Origin: Ginglymostoma cirratum
Lineage: Eukaryota
Reading direction: 5' to 3'
Assembly (NCBI GenBank): GCA_024137785.1
Contig: JAHRHZ010000084.1
Coordinates: 6,845,573-6,909,572 of the forward strand
DNA length: 64,000 bases
The translations under genes and the position numbers were made by a program. Positions 25,901 to 39,965 of this stretch are shown one piece after another. The notes beneath the pieces were generated by a model. That model saw only the letters and a list, made by a program, of their open reading frames with translations. It made no database searches and was not told the DNA's origin. Each line of letters begins with the position of its first letter. The stretch's first letter is position 1.

Positions 25901-27379
25901 CTGATTCCCCATTATTCTTTGCCTCCGCCTCATTTTTGGCTTCTGTCTTCAGTTTTGTAGGCTATAAGCCGTAGGATAGGTATCGTCTTGAGTTTAGAAG
26001 ATTCGGAAGTTACTTAGTCGAAACATATACAATCCTGGCAGACTTGACCAGGTGGCTGTTGAAAGGATCGTTCCTTTTTTTTTGAACAATCTAAAACTAG
26101 AGCTTACTGTTTAAAAATGAGGGACTGCCCATTTAATACAGAGTGAGGATTATTTGTTTCTCTCCTGGGTTTATGAGTCTTTGGAACGTCCTTCCTTAAA
26201 AGGCAGTAGATGCAGAAAATTTAAATATTTTTAAGGCAAGGGTAGATAGATTCTTGATTACCACGCAGATGAAAGACTAGCGGGGTTGGTGAGGGGCTGT
26301 GGTGCAGAAATGTGGAGTTGAGTGTACATCAAATCAACCATGATCTCATTGAATGATGGTGCGAGCTTGAAGGGCCAAGTCGTCTGCACGTATTACTTGT
26401 TTGTATGATGCAGGCAACTTGCTGCTATGTTATTACCTGGCCTGCCCGACATATGATCTGGACTCCCAGCCACGTGATTGATATTTAACAACTATAGCAA
26501 ATGGCTTAGCAATGTACTCAGCTCAAGAACATTAGCGATGGGCAACAAATACTGATATTCTCACTGACATCTTAATTAGATGACAAAAAAAGGCAAAATA
26601 AAGGCACTGTTCGGAAATCAACATCTTTCCTACTGATTTGTCGGAAACATAAATCGCGGCAGATGTCAAACGGGCAGCGGGCATTTACAGACAAAGTACC
26701 ACACTGAGAACAAGTTGCCTTATTTCTGCCTTGTTGACTCCAGCACCAGGAAAAATAAAACAAACCCAGGCAGGCAGAGGAGAGTACTGTCTATGATCAC
26801 GTACAGCTTTACCACTTACTGTAATACTTTCAATGTCACTTGTACTGCACTAAACTATAGGAATTGAAAGATCCTTAATTTAACCTGCGTTCGATCATCT
26901 CAACCAAAGGTCACTGTATTCGCCCTGGGTTCCAGGGATCAGAAGATCAGCTGCAGTGGGGTAAAAAGACAGTTGAAAACTTTGACTTGAGGCCTCTCCA
27001 TGGGATAAGCAGATCAAATTGGTTGTCATGTTTCAGAATTTGGGGCTTGAAAGAGATGTTTTGCAATATCAGTATTCCAAACACATTTAACATGCCGGCA
27101 TTTTATTGCTTTACTATTTTAATTGAAGTGATTGCCTGTTCCCCTAAACGGGCAATGTTGATATTCTAATCCATTTTGAGAGAAGTGCAGACCAGAATAC
27201 CAGGAAGTTTTACGGCAAGGCTACATAGTGGAGAGAAATCAGAGATAGAAAACAATACAATCTGAAATTGGTAACTGACGACGGGAAATTTCACTAAAGC
27301 CTTTAAAATAAAATCTTGACTGCCTTTGGAAATGAATCGATGAAAGACTAATGTGTGGTGCAAAATTTTACTTTCACAG

Positions 27380-27520
27380 ACCAAGCAAGAAAGCGAAAAT
27401 AATAAACTGACTTACGCTGCTCTGCAAATAGCTGATTCCAAGAAAGCATCAAAACCCAAACAGCAAGACAGTTCCGCATTATATGCAGAAGTAAAGGTGA
27501 CAAAGAAAGCGAGAATCTGA
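27380..27520 (+). CDS. Locus A exon 7: terminal ITIM exon (TKQESENNKLTYAALQIADSKKASKPKQQDSSALYAEVKVTKKARI*)
   Basis: CTTTCACAG acceptor, phase 0. ITIM LTYAAL and ITIM-like ALYAEV; TGA at 27518-27520. Confidence 0.85.
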   Translation, partial: TKQESENNKLTYAALQIADSKKASKPKQQDSSALYAEVKVTKKARI

Positions 27521-28099
27521 GACTCTAAATATATCGGGAAGATGGAAATATTAATGGATGCAGGTCCAGAACATTTCGTTACGTATCATAAAACGTGCTC
27601 CAATCACTATTATCATTCATTACAGTCAGGCTAAGAACGAACTATCTGGAATATCTGCGTCTATTAGGGAAATGCTACCTGGAAGAATTGTTGGCCAGTC
27701 CATTACAAAACCCTTCCAATGCGGCAAGTTGAAAACTAATTTCAGACCAAGAGTTCTGGTTTTTGAACGTGCACTTGTTTATGCGTTTTGACATTAACAT
27801 TTAGTTTGTACGTAGTTTCTTGAGGTTCACGAATATAATTTACAATACTTTGGGGGACTGGCTACTGTTGGAACCGAAAACAATCATTCACTAAACACGA
27901 TATCCTATATGGTCTTCTTGGTCATGGGATAAGCAAGAGGAATGACACTGCATCCAAAACTCCGCAACTGGCCCTGAAACCGTTTTCTTTAGTTATTCGA
28001 GTTTAGTGTCTTCCATTTACAATAGTGAAACACCAAGCTCAACAGGCACAGGGATACAATTAAGTTCTACTCTTAAGGCGAAAATATTACTAAAATGCA

Positions 28100-28400
28100 C
28101 CAGCCTCCGAGCTTTGGTGGGACCTGCGTTTCCGCGAGGAGTTCCAACAGTTCGTCAACTTCGGGGACACCTTCCACCCCGCCCTCAAATTCATCTGGCA
28201 GCACGACCATTGCCCCGAGCAATGCCTGCCTCTTTGTGGGATTGGTAGAACAGTCCCTCTTTCGTAACTACACCGGTACCATCCCTCACCTCTTTCTCCG
28301 CTATATTGATGACTGTATCGGTGCGGGCGTCATGCTCCTGTGAGGTTTTCGAGCAGTTCATCAACTTTGCCAACACCTTCCATCCCGCCTTCACATTGGC
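28100..28400 (+). mobile_element. Penelope-like RT fragment
   Basis: ACLFVGLVEQSLFRNYTGTIPHLFLRYIDDCIG, containing the YIDD RT motif. Confidence 0.8.
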
Positions 28401-29869
28401 TCACCCCTGAGCTGCTGTACCACTGTAGGCAAAATGTATATATCATATTCTATTCACAAACAAAACAGAAAATTAAATATGGGCCCCAAAGGTTTTTTAA
28501 ATCAAACCTTTACTACAGGAGGCCGACTGAGTTAGAGAGAACAGGTTAGAAACAATTTATTGAAACACAGAAGCAATTTAGTTCATGCCTCTCAAAAATA
28601 TGCCCATTTAGAGCCCAAACCCCGAGATCCAGTCGTGTCAAAATGAACTCTGACTGACGTCCGCCTGGCTGTCGTCCAGAATTGTACTGTTTTCATTGCG
28701 ATGTTGTAACCTGTGCCGGTTCGATGAGTCCAACAAGGTGTAGACATAGACATCTGCTAAAAGGCGTTATTGCAGAACAGAGCAGAACACAGAGGTGCAC
28801 CCATGGTTCCAGTATTGCAGATCAATTTATTTCAAGCCTAATGAACTTACAGGAGCAGAAAATGGTCAAGACACTGCAGGAACAAGGCACGTGCCCAGGT
28901 TGAATCCTCTACAAAGATTAGAGAGAGCTCGTCAACAAACTTGTAACTGTGTTCAAGGATTTAATTGGCCAACAAATCGTCGACTTTCCATTGTAAACAA
29001 TATAAATAGTCTGGCCAATGCTTACATTGACTTGTTATCTGGTAAGACATTGGCGCCACTTAAGTGATATGTGATATGTCCTCGGGCATAATATTTTGGA
29101 ACAATTTACTAGGTGATGGTGGGACAGGTCCATTGATTTTGAAATTCCATAGTCTGCACGTATCAATTCGCTGTTTCAAAGCTGACAGAGCTGTTTGCCC
29201 AGCAGGGTGGGTGGTTGGTAGGAGTGGGTCTTAGCAACAGGAGTTAGCGGGTGTAAGCCATCACCTGTCATTTCATGTGGTTTGTCGAAGTTTAAAGCAG
29301 TGACCTGTAATGCCTCACTGCATTGCACAAGACCCAAACTTAAGCTATGCTTGCACTGCATTTGCAATGTAAATTAAATTTTTCTTCATTCTCTCTATTA
29401 ACAGACATTTTCCAACCTGTTAGTCATGACCTCTTTACAGATCTCTCGAGATAACAAGAAGCTGTAACAAACAATATACATTAAGGTATAATTGCATGCA
29501 TCATTTTCAACGAAGCTTAGTATAAAATAATACATATCTACAGCAAATATAGTTAAATAAGCAAAACAATGAACAATAGATGCTGGAAAACTCTTTTAAA
29601 AAAACCGAGGAATTACTGTCCAAACTCAGTAGATCTGGTAACATCTGTGGGGAGAACGTGGAGTCAACATTTTCAGTGCAGTGATGTTCTGGTCAAAGTT
29701 CTGATGAATACTACCCAGATTCTAAATTTCTCAGTGACACTCCCAGCTTCTGCCAGAGATAATGTTCTACCACATTATCTCGGACCAAAGCTTAAAACTA
29801 CATTAATGGACAACATCAAGATGTAACAGACTTCTCACTCGCTAAGAAAAAATACATGGAAGAAAAGTT

Positions 29870-31980
29870 GAGATAACAAGTTGTGGAGCTGGATGAACAC
29901 AGCAGGCCAAACACCATCAGAGGGACAGGAAAGCTGACGTTTCGAGTCTGGGCCCTTCTTCAGAAATAGGGGAGGGGAAGGGGATTCTGAAATTAAAAGA
30001 GAGAAGAAGAGGCGGATGGAAGACGGATAAAGGAGCAGATAGGTGTAGAAGAGACAGACAGGTCAACGAGGCGGGGATGGAGCCAAGAAAGTTGAGAGTA
30101 GGTGGGGAGTTAGGGTGGGGATAATTCAGTCCAGGGAGGACGGACAGGTCAAGGAGGCACGATGAGGCTGGTAGGTAGGAGGTGGGGGTGGGGCTTGAGG
30201 TAGGAGGAGCAGATAGTTGGGCGAAAAGACGGACAGGTCATGGAGGCGGGGATGAGCTGGGCTGGTCTTGTGATGAGGTCGGGGGTGAGGAGATTTTGAA
30301 GCTTGTGAAATCCACATTGAGACCATTGGGCTGCGGGGTTCCCAAACAGAATATGAGGTGCTGTTCCTCCAGCCTTCAGGTGGCATCTTTGTGGCCAATG
30401 TGGTGATTTGGAGGAAGCCTAGGATGGACATGTCGTCCAAAGAGTGGGAGGGGGAGTTGAAGTGGTTCACAACTGGGAGGGTCGTTGTTTGTCATGAACT
30501 GAGCATAGACTCCGCTTGGTTTCCCCGATGTAGAGACCACGGATTCAATATACCACATTAGCAGATGTGCAGGTGAACATCTCTCCATTGTGAAAGGTTC
30601 TCTTGGGGCCTGGAATGGGGGTGAGGGGCGAAGTGTAGGGGCAGCACTTCCTGCAGTTTCAGGGAAAAGTGCCAGGTTGGTGGAGCGGATGAGGGAATCA
30701 CGGATAGAGCCATCCTTCCGGAAGGCAGATAAGGGTGGGAGTGAAAAATGTCCTTGCTTGTGGGGTCAGATTGCAGGTGGCGGAAGTGGTGGAGGATGAT
30801 GCCTTGAATCCGGAGGTTGGTGGAATGATCGGTGAAGACGAGGGGAATTCTGTCTTTGTTGTTATTGCAGGGCGGAGTTGTGAGGGATAAGTTGCGGAAA
30901 ATGCGAGAGCTGCGTTCGAGGACATTTTCAACCACTGTGGAGGGGAAATTGCATTTCTTGAAAAAAAAAACGAGGACATCTGGGATGTCCGGGAGTGGAA
31001 GGCCTCATCCTGAGAGCAGATGTGGTGGAGGCGAAGGAATTGGGAATAGGGGATGGCATTCTTACTGGAGGGTGGGTGAGTGGAGGTGTATTCTGGGTAG
31101 CTGCTGGAGTTGGTGGGCTTGAACTAGATATCAGTTGCCAGGTGGTTAGCAGAGATGGAAACAGAGAGGTCCAGAAAGGAGAGAGAGACATCAGAGATGG
31201 TACTGGTGAATTTAAGGTTAGGGTGGAAGGTGTTTGTTAAGTGGATGAACTGCTCGAATTCCTTGTGGGAGCACGAGGTAGCGCCGATACAGTCATCGAT
31301 TTAACGGAGGAAGAGGTGGGGAATGGTGTCAGTGTAGCTGCGGAAGAGGGACTGCTCCACATATCCTACAAAGAGGCAGGCATATCTTGGGCCTTTGCAG
31401 GTACCCATGGCCATCCCCTTTGTCTGTAGGAAGTGGGAGGAGTTGAAGGAGAAGTTGTTAAGGGTAAGAACGGGTCGGCTAAGCAGATAAGTGTGTTGGC
31501 GGAGGGGGACTGGTCGGGCCTGTGGGAGAGGAAAAAGCGGAGGACTTTTCGGCCATCTGCATGGGGAAAGCAGGTATATAGGGACTGGACATCCACGGTG
31601 AAGATGAGGTATTGAGGACCAGGGAATCAGAAGTTTTGGAGGAGGTGGAGGGGTGGTTGGTGTCACGGAAATAGGTGGGGAGTTCCTGGACGAGAGGAGC
31701 GAAAATTTAGTCTAAGTGGAGATAAGTTCGATGGGACAGGAGCAGGCAGAGACAATGGGTCGACCAGGGTAGTCAGGTTTATGGATTTTGGGAAGGAGAT
31801 AGAAACGGGCGGTGCGGGGTTGTGGTTGGAGGCTGTGGGTGAGAGGTCGCCTGAGGTGATGAGGTTGTTGATAGTCTGGAAGATGATGTTTTGGTGGTCG
31901 GGGTGGGGTCAGGATCAAGGGGGAGGTAGGACGATGTGTCAGAGAGTTGGCGCCTGTCCTTGGCGATGTAGAGGTCAGTG
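29870..31980 (-). mobile_element. Penelope-like retroelement, 5-prime truncated and frameshifted
   Basis: RFYLLPKIHKPDYPGRPIVSACSCP and NNFSFNSSHFLQTKGMAMGT; GIY-YIG region remnants; terminal repeat with a hammerhead core at 29936-29963. Confidence 0.9.
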
Positions 31981-34900
31981 CAGTTTGGATTGGCACAAAC
32001 TGCACTAATTTACTAGTTCTGTTCCGTTCGGAGACTATGTTTCTTTAGATCTCAAATTGCTAAAAGACCATTGGTTACTGTATTATAAAATTCACATCCA
32101 AAAAACAAATACCTGTGATTCATATCAATTATAGTCTCTGCAGTATGGTTGGGTATGTATATTTCAACATGTTCTGGAGAGACAACCAGGTTCAGAGTCT
32201 CTTTCCCACCGTTGAGCATTTCTATTGACACATACTTGTTATGAATGGAAAGTAAAATGGCATCAACAGCGATGTCTCTGGCATGAATAGCCAATTTGAA
32301 TCACTTAACATAGTTTGGAGCAGCCAGAACTAGTGCAGTTATGGCTACAGTTTTAAGTTGTGGAATGCACTCCGACAGTGTTGTCCACTTACAGTTATTG
32401 CTATTCTTTCAGAACCTTGATGGAGTAGCTACTAAGAACTGAAATTCAGAACAATCTTTTCATCAATTCCATTCATTCATTCTCCAGTCGTTCTGGCATT
32501 TTTCATGTTTCTGCGTTTTGCAAAAGAAATGTGTTCTGATTTCCATTCCTGCCTCTTGCCCTTATTCTTATCTCATGTTAATTGCCCTGGAGACCACGAA
32601 CTCTTAGCGTCTGAATTAGTCTTCTATGTGAGATCGTGTAAAAAATACCTCGCCGAAGTGCATGTAGACCACGTCATCTGCACTATCCTCATTTACCCAC
32701 TCAGTCATATCCTCGAAAAATTCAATCAAATTTGTTAGACATGCAGGCTATCATTAGTTATTCCGTTCCGCAATAAGTAGAGAGTACATCTGTCATTCAG
32801 CATTTTTTCCGAACATTCAGGAACCCTGAAGGAGTCTTTGTTGGAGAGTCCTCTGAGAAAGGTGGAGATTTTTTGTTGTGGTGGACAAAAGTTGGACTGA
32901 TAATCTCAGTGTGATTGTGCCTCATTAGATAATCTGCACCAATGAGACTCAAAATAAATTGCGAGCACTTCAGATGGAAAGCGTGGAAATATATATCATG
33001 TTATGATATGTCATGTTGGGGCCAGTGAGATGGAAATGCCATCATGCCAACATTTGCAAGCGGATTGACTCTTCTGCAGGGGCATGCAATCAACTCTGAA
33101 GTGGAAACCTATTTTTATGAGCGAGGGAATGTCTGGGTGCACTTTGTTTCTACAGATACTTTTCCATTCGTTTCTTCATCTGGAGACTGCCGTCCCCAAT
33201 GTTTCATACTGTGGGAAGAGGCGGGTACCCCATTATAATCGTTGTTTTTTCAATTCTACCTGACTCTGAAGTGCCAGTTTGTGCAGAGAGCAGCCTGCCA
33301 ATATCACATATGAGGTATATTGCAGTGCTACCGAGGATCTGTTAATATCATTCGATATTGTTGTTGTAATCAGAATGCGTTTGTTGCACATCACATTTGC
33401 AAACGTTACCTTTGTAATATAGGGTAGAAAATCCAATCTCACAATTCAAGGAAAGATGGACAGATCAGGAACTGAAGTATGTCAGGAAGCCTGATGTCAG
33501 CAGTGCAGAGCCTGCTATGATCGAAGCATAGTAGGAGATTTTTAGAAGTCCTAACATTTTTCAGCTAAATTAACTCAAAATTACGAAATGTAGCAGTGCT
33601 TGAAAAAAAGTTTCTTTTTTAGGTTCTCGTAAATGGGGTAAAGCCGGAAGAACCCAACACAGAGAGCATTGGAGGTTTCAAAAACAAACAACGAATTAAG
33701 TGTTATGCGAGAAGCTATTGCTTAATTCCATAAACAGAGCTTTTGGAAATCGAGTATTGAATTTAAGAGTATTTAGAGATAAGGATATATGGGGCATAAA
33801 GATTGGAAGACTATAATTAATGGGGTTCACTGCGATTAAAGTTTAGGTCGAGCAATTTACAAGGGAAGAATTTGTTGTAACATACCAATGTTCACTGATG
33901 ATAAAACGCAAAATGGCAAAGTAAGCTTTCAGGAGGAAAGGAGATAAATGATGTAACAACTGAAGATGATTCAATTTCGGAAGGTGTCGTGTGGAACACT
34001 TACAGTGATCCTTGCCACAGTCAACCAAATGCTGCCTTGATGGCAAAAGCAGTCATTCTCAGGTCACATCTGACATTCAGAATATTTTCTCCGTAAATGG
34101 TTGAAAGTTTAAATGAGGTCGGGAGCTGGGGGTTCTGCGCTGAAACAAAATGGAACATCAGTGAGCAGGTTATTATTGATGAACTGTCTATTTGCATAGA
34201 TTACATTAAATTGCTGATGATTACATGGAGAATAATGGAGCATCAGTTAGCCTATTTAACAAACCGGGGTCTACCGTCGGTCTGAAACTGAACCGGAACC
34301 TCCATATAAATACTGTAGCTACAATGGCGTGTCAAAGGCTAGGAATCCTGCAACAAATAATTGATCATCTGACTCCCCAAACCCTGTCCATCATCTGCAA
34401 GAGTGAAATGACTCCCAAATTACCTAGATGAGTGCAACCCTAATCATACTGAAGAAGCTAGACAACATCAATCACAAAAAGCCCAATAGACTGGCACCAC
34501 TCTCAAAAATATTCAATTACTGAAACAGTATAATTGTTAGTTCACAGTTCAACTCTCAACAAATTATCTTTTTGAGTATTTGATCAGAATTTCAGGAGAC
34601 AGAGTGGGGTGGTCATTTAGGAAACATCTCGTAAGTTAGAAAGTGATATTTTCCCTAACTTGGCAGTGACTTTGTGGGCTTACAGTGGCTCTGCGGTCTC
34701 GTTTGGCTTAGGAAGAACTGTAGTCACTCAGATCCTGGTCTCCAACACTACTGGATTTTATTTTTTGCATTGCAGGCTCTACTCAATTCAAAGTTTGTGC
34801 ATACACGTTTTTTTTCCCACCTGAAGCGTATGCTTATTCATTCTTTCCAAACCACAGTGCACAGTTTGATCAATGGCATTACTACATCCTGACTGGCCTA

Positions 34901-37126
34901 GAAAAGGACTCTTTCTATCAGGTTCAAGAGGTGACTGTTTGGTGTATGGTTGTTTCTTAAGAGTGGTGGACGTTTAATGATGGTATGTCCCGTTATCTCG
35001 GATGGGTTCATTTAAGTGTCCCTTGTCTAACATAAGCGGATATTTCGTATTTCCCTTGATGATTTGTCAAAATGTGTTTTCTATGCTGCAGATCATTGTT
35101 ATTGACAATCTAAGCTGAGACCTACTTTTCTTGGGGTTTGCTGTCTTGTTATGAGACTCACTCTGTATCGAACTTGTGGCCAGTGACTTTTTTGAACAGA
35201 CCATTTCTCGGTTGATGTCGTTTTATCTCTATGATTGCGGTGCCTACACCAGGTTTCTTCACTTTTAAGGAAGGAAGAAGTGGAGAGGTATCCCTCAATT
35301 CTAGCGACGATTACGTTCCACGTGCTTCGTCGGCTTCAGACACCATCCAGCACAGCATGAATGGAGGATGGGTCTAAATTGATACCAACTTGTCATCTTA
35401 CACACCCTTAAAATGAAATAAATGATGAATCCTTTATCACACTTTTTCACAAGAGTAAATTAACTCACAGGCTCACTGTTGAGACTGCGATTTTGTCGGA
35501 ACATGACTTGCTGTTATCTGAACGAAGAACGCTATTATGTGTGTTTGAGTAAGATATGGCACTGGACGCAGTGGAAATCTACAAATATCAATACAAGAAT
35601 TTGAAATCAGTTCAAAAACATAAAAAAGACTTGAAGCACGAAACATGATTTGCTTAAACTGATAACTCATTTCATGAACAAAGAATGAAAATATTTGCTC
35701 ATTGTTAACCTGACACTGAAGCTATTGAAACTATTAAAAGAAAAACCCGATTATTACAATCGCCGAATCTACTCACGGATAAAGCAACACTAAACTAACC
35801 GTTCACCTACTATCTGGACTATATGTGATCCCAGTACTCACTTAAAATGGTTGACTGCGGCATGTATTCCGAAGAAAAACAGTGATGCATTTCGTTTTCA
35901 GTAAATTGCAAGCAAAAGAGCCGGGAACGCCACACCCTGGTGGCAAATCTATTGGCTCAAAAACCACCAGCAAACTAAGGATAAAATCTGGGCTGAAAAT
36001 GTTCAATTTCCAATCTTTTCATTTCTAAGTGCATGAAACTAGCCTGCAATCATTCTTTTGCTGTCTAAAGCATTTATGACTTAACTTTGCCATACGAGCT
36101 AAAAGGTTGAGTTGCCATAGCCTTAAAAGACCAGAGGACTGCTTTCTCATTAGAGATAGTAGACTGGTGGAGGTTTCAACCTGGCGATCACCACGCCTCA
36201 GGCGACGGGGGAGACGGAGAAGGAAAGCCTTACTTACTGTTTTATACGTGAAACTGTGTTTCAGTTGCGTACTTCAGATATGAATTAAACTACGTGGATT
36301 GTTTTTCTGTCCACTTAACTCAACCAAACTGCCATCACATTTGCTATCGCTGATACGGGCCCTGCTCTAACCAAACTGTTAATCAATTCACGTAGTTAGA
36401 AGCAAGACTTCTGGATAATGTTAAAATTCCAATATGGATCAATTAACTCTCTGCAAAGTAAGTTCGAAAAAATAACATAGCACAGGTTGGAGTCGAACAT
36501 GAATGTCTTCATTCTGTTGAAGTTTGCTTCCTTGTTGCAATCAAATAATTAAGGGCCATTCTTGTCAGCTTTTTTCAGCAGTTATATCTGCAGATATCAG
36601 CAAACAGTGCTAGAACACTTCCTTGTTGTGCATAGTGTCAAAACACTGAATTTTGTGGGTAATCGAGCACAATTCAGAATACAATTTCTATCCTACGATT
36701 TCTGAAATATATTGCGCATGGGCACTGGTCAGTATCAGGGTCACACAAAGCGCAGAGGACCTCGGGCCACATATCTCTTTGACAGCTGCACATTCCGGCA
36801 AGTGAAGTTGATACTTTCACCATTCAGAAAATGTTCAATGTTCTGTGGCAACAGAGAAGATAATTGCAAAAAAGTGCCACGTAAACTGGAACGTAGAAGT
36901 GCATTTCAGACAAAACAAACTTCTCAGAGAGGAGCAGAAGGGAAATGCCTACTTCCACAATGCTCGGGACAACAGGATAGAATAGATAATGCTCATCATG
37001 TGATATTTCATGTCCTGGTTACACATTTCCTGTAGCTATCGAAGAAATTCATTTCTTAAGCCAACCATTTAGAGCACGAGACTCGATTCAAACAATTTGA
37101 TAATCAGCTTTATTCAATGCTGCAAC

Positions 37127-37181
37127 ACGCTGTTGTGAACTACAGTTCAATACAATTTTCTTATGATCATAGTATTGTCAG
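37127..37181 (+). pseudogene. Locus B degenerate leader exon
   Basis: Same 55-nt length and TGCAA upstream context as the locus A leader, but ATG is ACG and codon 4 AGA is TGA. G|GTAAC donor; intron 207 nt versus 214 nt in A. Confidence 0.6.
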
Positions 37182-37388
37182 GTAACAGGAGCTCCTTCTT
37201 GGGTTCATCAGAATAGCTTAAATTTGATATTTGTTTCATATGAAATCATTTCGTAATTCACTGTATATTCTCCAATTAGATGTGCACGCTTCTTAATTGT
37301 CTTTTTTGCATTGTATTATTCCTTGTTATACATTGCTTTCTCTGATGTATGCAGCCTTTCTCACTGTTTTGCTTTACTTTTCTGATAG

Positions 37389-37694
37389 CCTCTGAAGTAA
37401 CTTCGAACGAAGTAGATCAGTTTTTCAAACTCTTGAAGGCCGTCAGAGGTAACAATGTTTCCATGTTTTGCATATTTCCCATATTTGAAAATGCTCCTGA
37501 AGTACTTTGGTGACGATGCAATGTAGAATTACTTCTGGAACCCGACAACAGAAAGTTACTTCATGGACAGAAAGTAAAGAGCTCACTTCATGTTTTCAAT
37601 GTCACTGTTGCAGACTCTGGAATGTATTATTGTAACATAAAGCATCAGCAAACCAACAATGGAGCTGGGAGAAGAGAGTTGTTGACTGTGTTTG
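37389..37694 (+). pseudogene. Locus B V exon, inactivated
   Basis: Colinear 306-nt homolog of A exon 2 (GNNVSMFCIFP, NVTVADSGMYYC). TGG became TGA at 37511-37513 and the donor GTAAGT became CTAAGT. Confidence 0.9.
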
Positions 37695-39489
37695 CTAAGT
37701 CTCATTGTATTGGGGATAGGAGCATTTCAACAGTGCGCAGAAAATAAAATCTGAGCATTGTCACAAGAAAAAAAAACTGATGGTAGCTAATTGACTTAAC
37801 ATTAATGGGGTCTTAATCGACTTTTGTGGGTAAGGTCCATTGATTCTCTTTTTTTTGATGCAATTGCAATCATTATTGAGACAAGATAGTCAAAGTGCGC
37901 AACCATTTAAATACTAATTTGAGATTAAGAAATGGGAGAAGATGAGCAGCTTCCTTGATAATGACAAAATTCGAACAATAATAGCATCTTCTAGATAATA
38001 AATTCTATGAAATTTTGATTCATCTCAATTCGCCACAAATAAGTGACTTATTGCGAACTCAGAATCAAAATCTCCTGCTACAACCTTGGAGACCTCATCA
38101 AGCAGCTTGCATTTCAATCCACTGATTTAAGTTGCCAATCCATAACTTTTTCACCAAGTTGACCAAAACTTCAGTCGCATAAGGCTTTTTTCATCATTAA
38201 CGTTAAGCGAGTAGAAATATGTCAGACAAGTAGAATTGAGATATAACCAACTATGATCTAAATGACTGTCAGGGTATGTTCGAAGAATGGAATGGACTAT
38301 TTTGGTCCCCATTTTTGAGCATTACACATTACATATGTACCCATTGATTAAGTGTTTGAGACAACAAACCAAAGAAATCCTACAAACACTATGTAATCCT
38401 ACAAACCACCTCGGGGGCAGGTGTTGATATTGATGCCAATGCTGGTTTTCAACCCATGTCCTAGAACATGTAATATTATGATTATGAACATTGCTCATTT
38501 CTGTGAATCTCTGCTATCAGTTGCTTGGGTTGTTTTTTTTCCCATACACTCATCAATGTCTTGTCTTTTGCAAATAACCTCTCACGAGCATTTCTGTAAA
38601 TGCATTGATCTGGTAATTATAAATCATAATATTCACTCATAGTCCCAAGTCTCACATAAACGATACAAGTGAGTTCGGAATGTTGTGCTCATTCATGGAC
38701 AATCAATTGCATTATATGAGAAAGCTGAAACAGATCAATGGTCAAGGAATATAATAATTATCCGAGGAATGAATCCAACCGAATAATTTCACAGCTGATT
38801 GAACCGGTATAGTTTTTGCATAAAAATTCAAATTGTCGAATTAATGAATAACGTGGCGGGCAGGTCAAACAGACGACAGAGACTCGGAGAAAGGTAAGAA
38901 CCCTGCAATTAAAGAAGACATGCAAAATAAGTCTTAATTTGCAATTCAATATTCCTTCTCTTTATGAATGCATTCAATTAAACAACAGCCAGAAACATGT
39001 CTTTCTTGGCTAATTGCGATTAGTCTCAAGTTTTGTGGAGTCATTATCGCTTCTCGGCAGGTTGATGTTTTCCCCCAAACTCGTTGCTTTAATTGATGAC
39101 TGAAAACTCGCAGCCAGAATCACCCTTAAATCCTTCTCATCTTAACAGAAGCCTCTTCCTGAGCGATTGGTCAATCACCCAGATATCAGAATTTACCAGC
39201 ATCTTGTGAACTATACTTGAAAGGATGCTCCGCTCCTGGGAAAGTACTGTCAGTCCAGAGCTGCACTGAACAGTTCCTTACTTTTGCCACGGATATGGCA
39301 GGCAGGGGAAAATCTGACACATTTGTGCGTGTATGGTCCTGCAGGTCTCACTGAATTGGCTAATACACAAGCAGAATTAACTCTATTCCACGGCAAACAG
39401 TGAAGGCCATGGCAAAGGACCGAGCACAAAATGTCTTTGCAATATCAGTAAACTCTTATTCGCCAGTGTGGTCTTAGGTATAGCATTTA

Positions 39490-39965
39490 AACACTGACCA
39501 ATGGCCACGGAGTAGCAGATGGAGTTTAATTTAGCTAAACGTGAGATGCTGCAATTTGGAAAGGCAAATCAAGACATGGTTTATGCAATTAATGGTAAGG
39601 CCCTGGGGAGCGTTACTGAACAAACAGAGCTTGGAGTATATTTGCATACTTCCTTCCTTGTGGATTCGCAGGAAGATAGGACAGTGCAGAAGGAGTTTTG
39701 TACGCTTGCATTTATTGGCCAATGCATTGAGTAAAGGATTGGGGAGGTCATGTTGTGGCTGTACAGTACATTGTTTCGGTCAATAAGGCGTGCAATTCTG
39801 GTCTCCCTGCTAAGGACGTTGTGAAATTTGAATGGGTTCAGAAAAGATTTAGAAGGACTTTGCGAGGATTGGACCGTTTGAGTTATTGGGAGAGGATAAA
39901 TAGACGTGGGGATATTTTGCCTGGAGAGTCGGGGCCGAGGTTTATAGAAGTTTACAAAATCACGA
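39490..39965 (+). mobile_element. CR1 LINE RT C-terminal fragment
   Basis: MEFNLAKREMLQFGKAN; KFEWVQKRFRRTLRGLDRLSYWER; IEVYKI. Confidence 0.8.

Noticed and set aside
15773-27520. Assigning a gene symbol (SIRPA, NCR3, NCR3LG1, TAPBP)
   Set aside because: The architecture overlaps each of these but matches none exactly; orthology needs phylogeny and synteny.
35925-35945. CTCF-like site (CCACCAGGGTGTGGCG on minus strand)
   Set aside because: Departs from the core consensus and has no supporting evidence.
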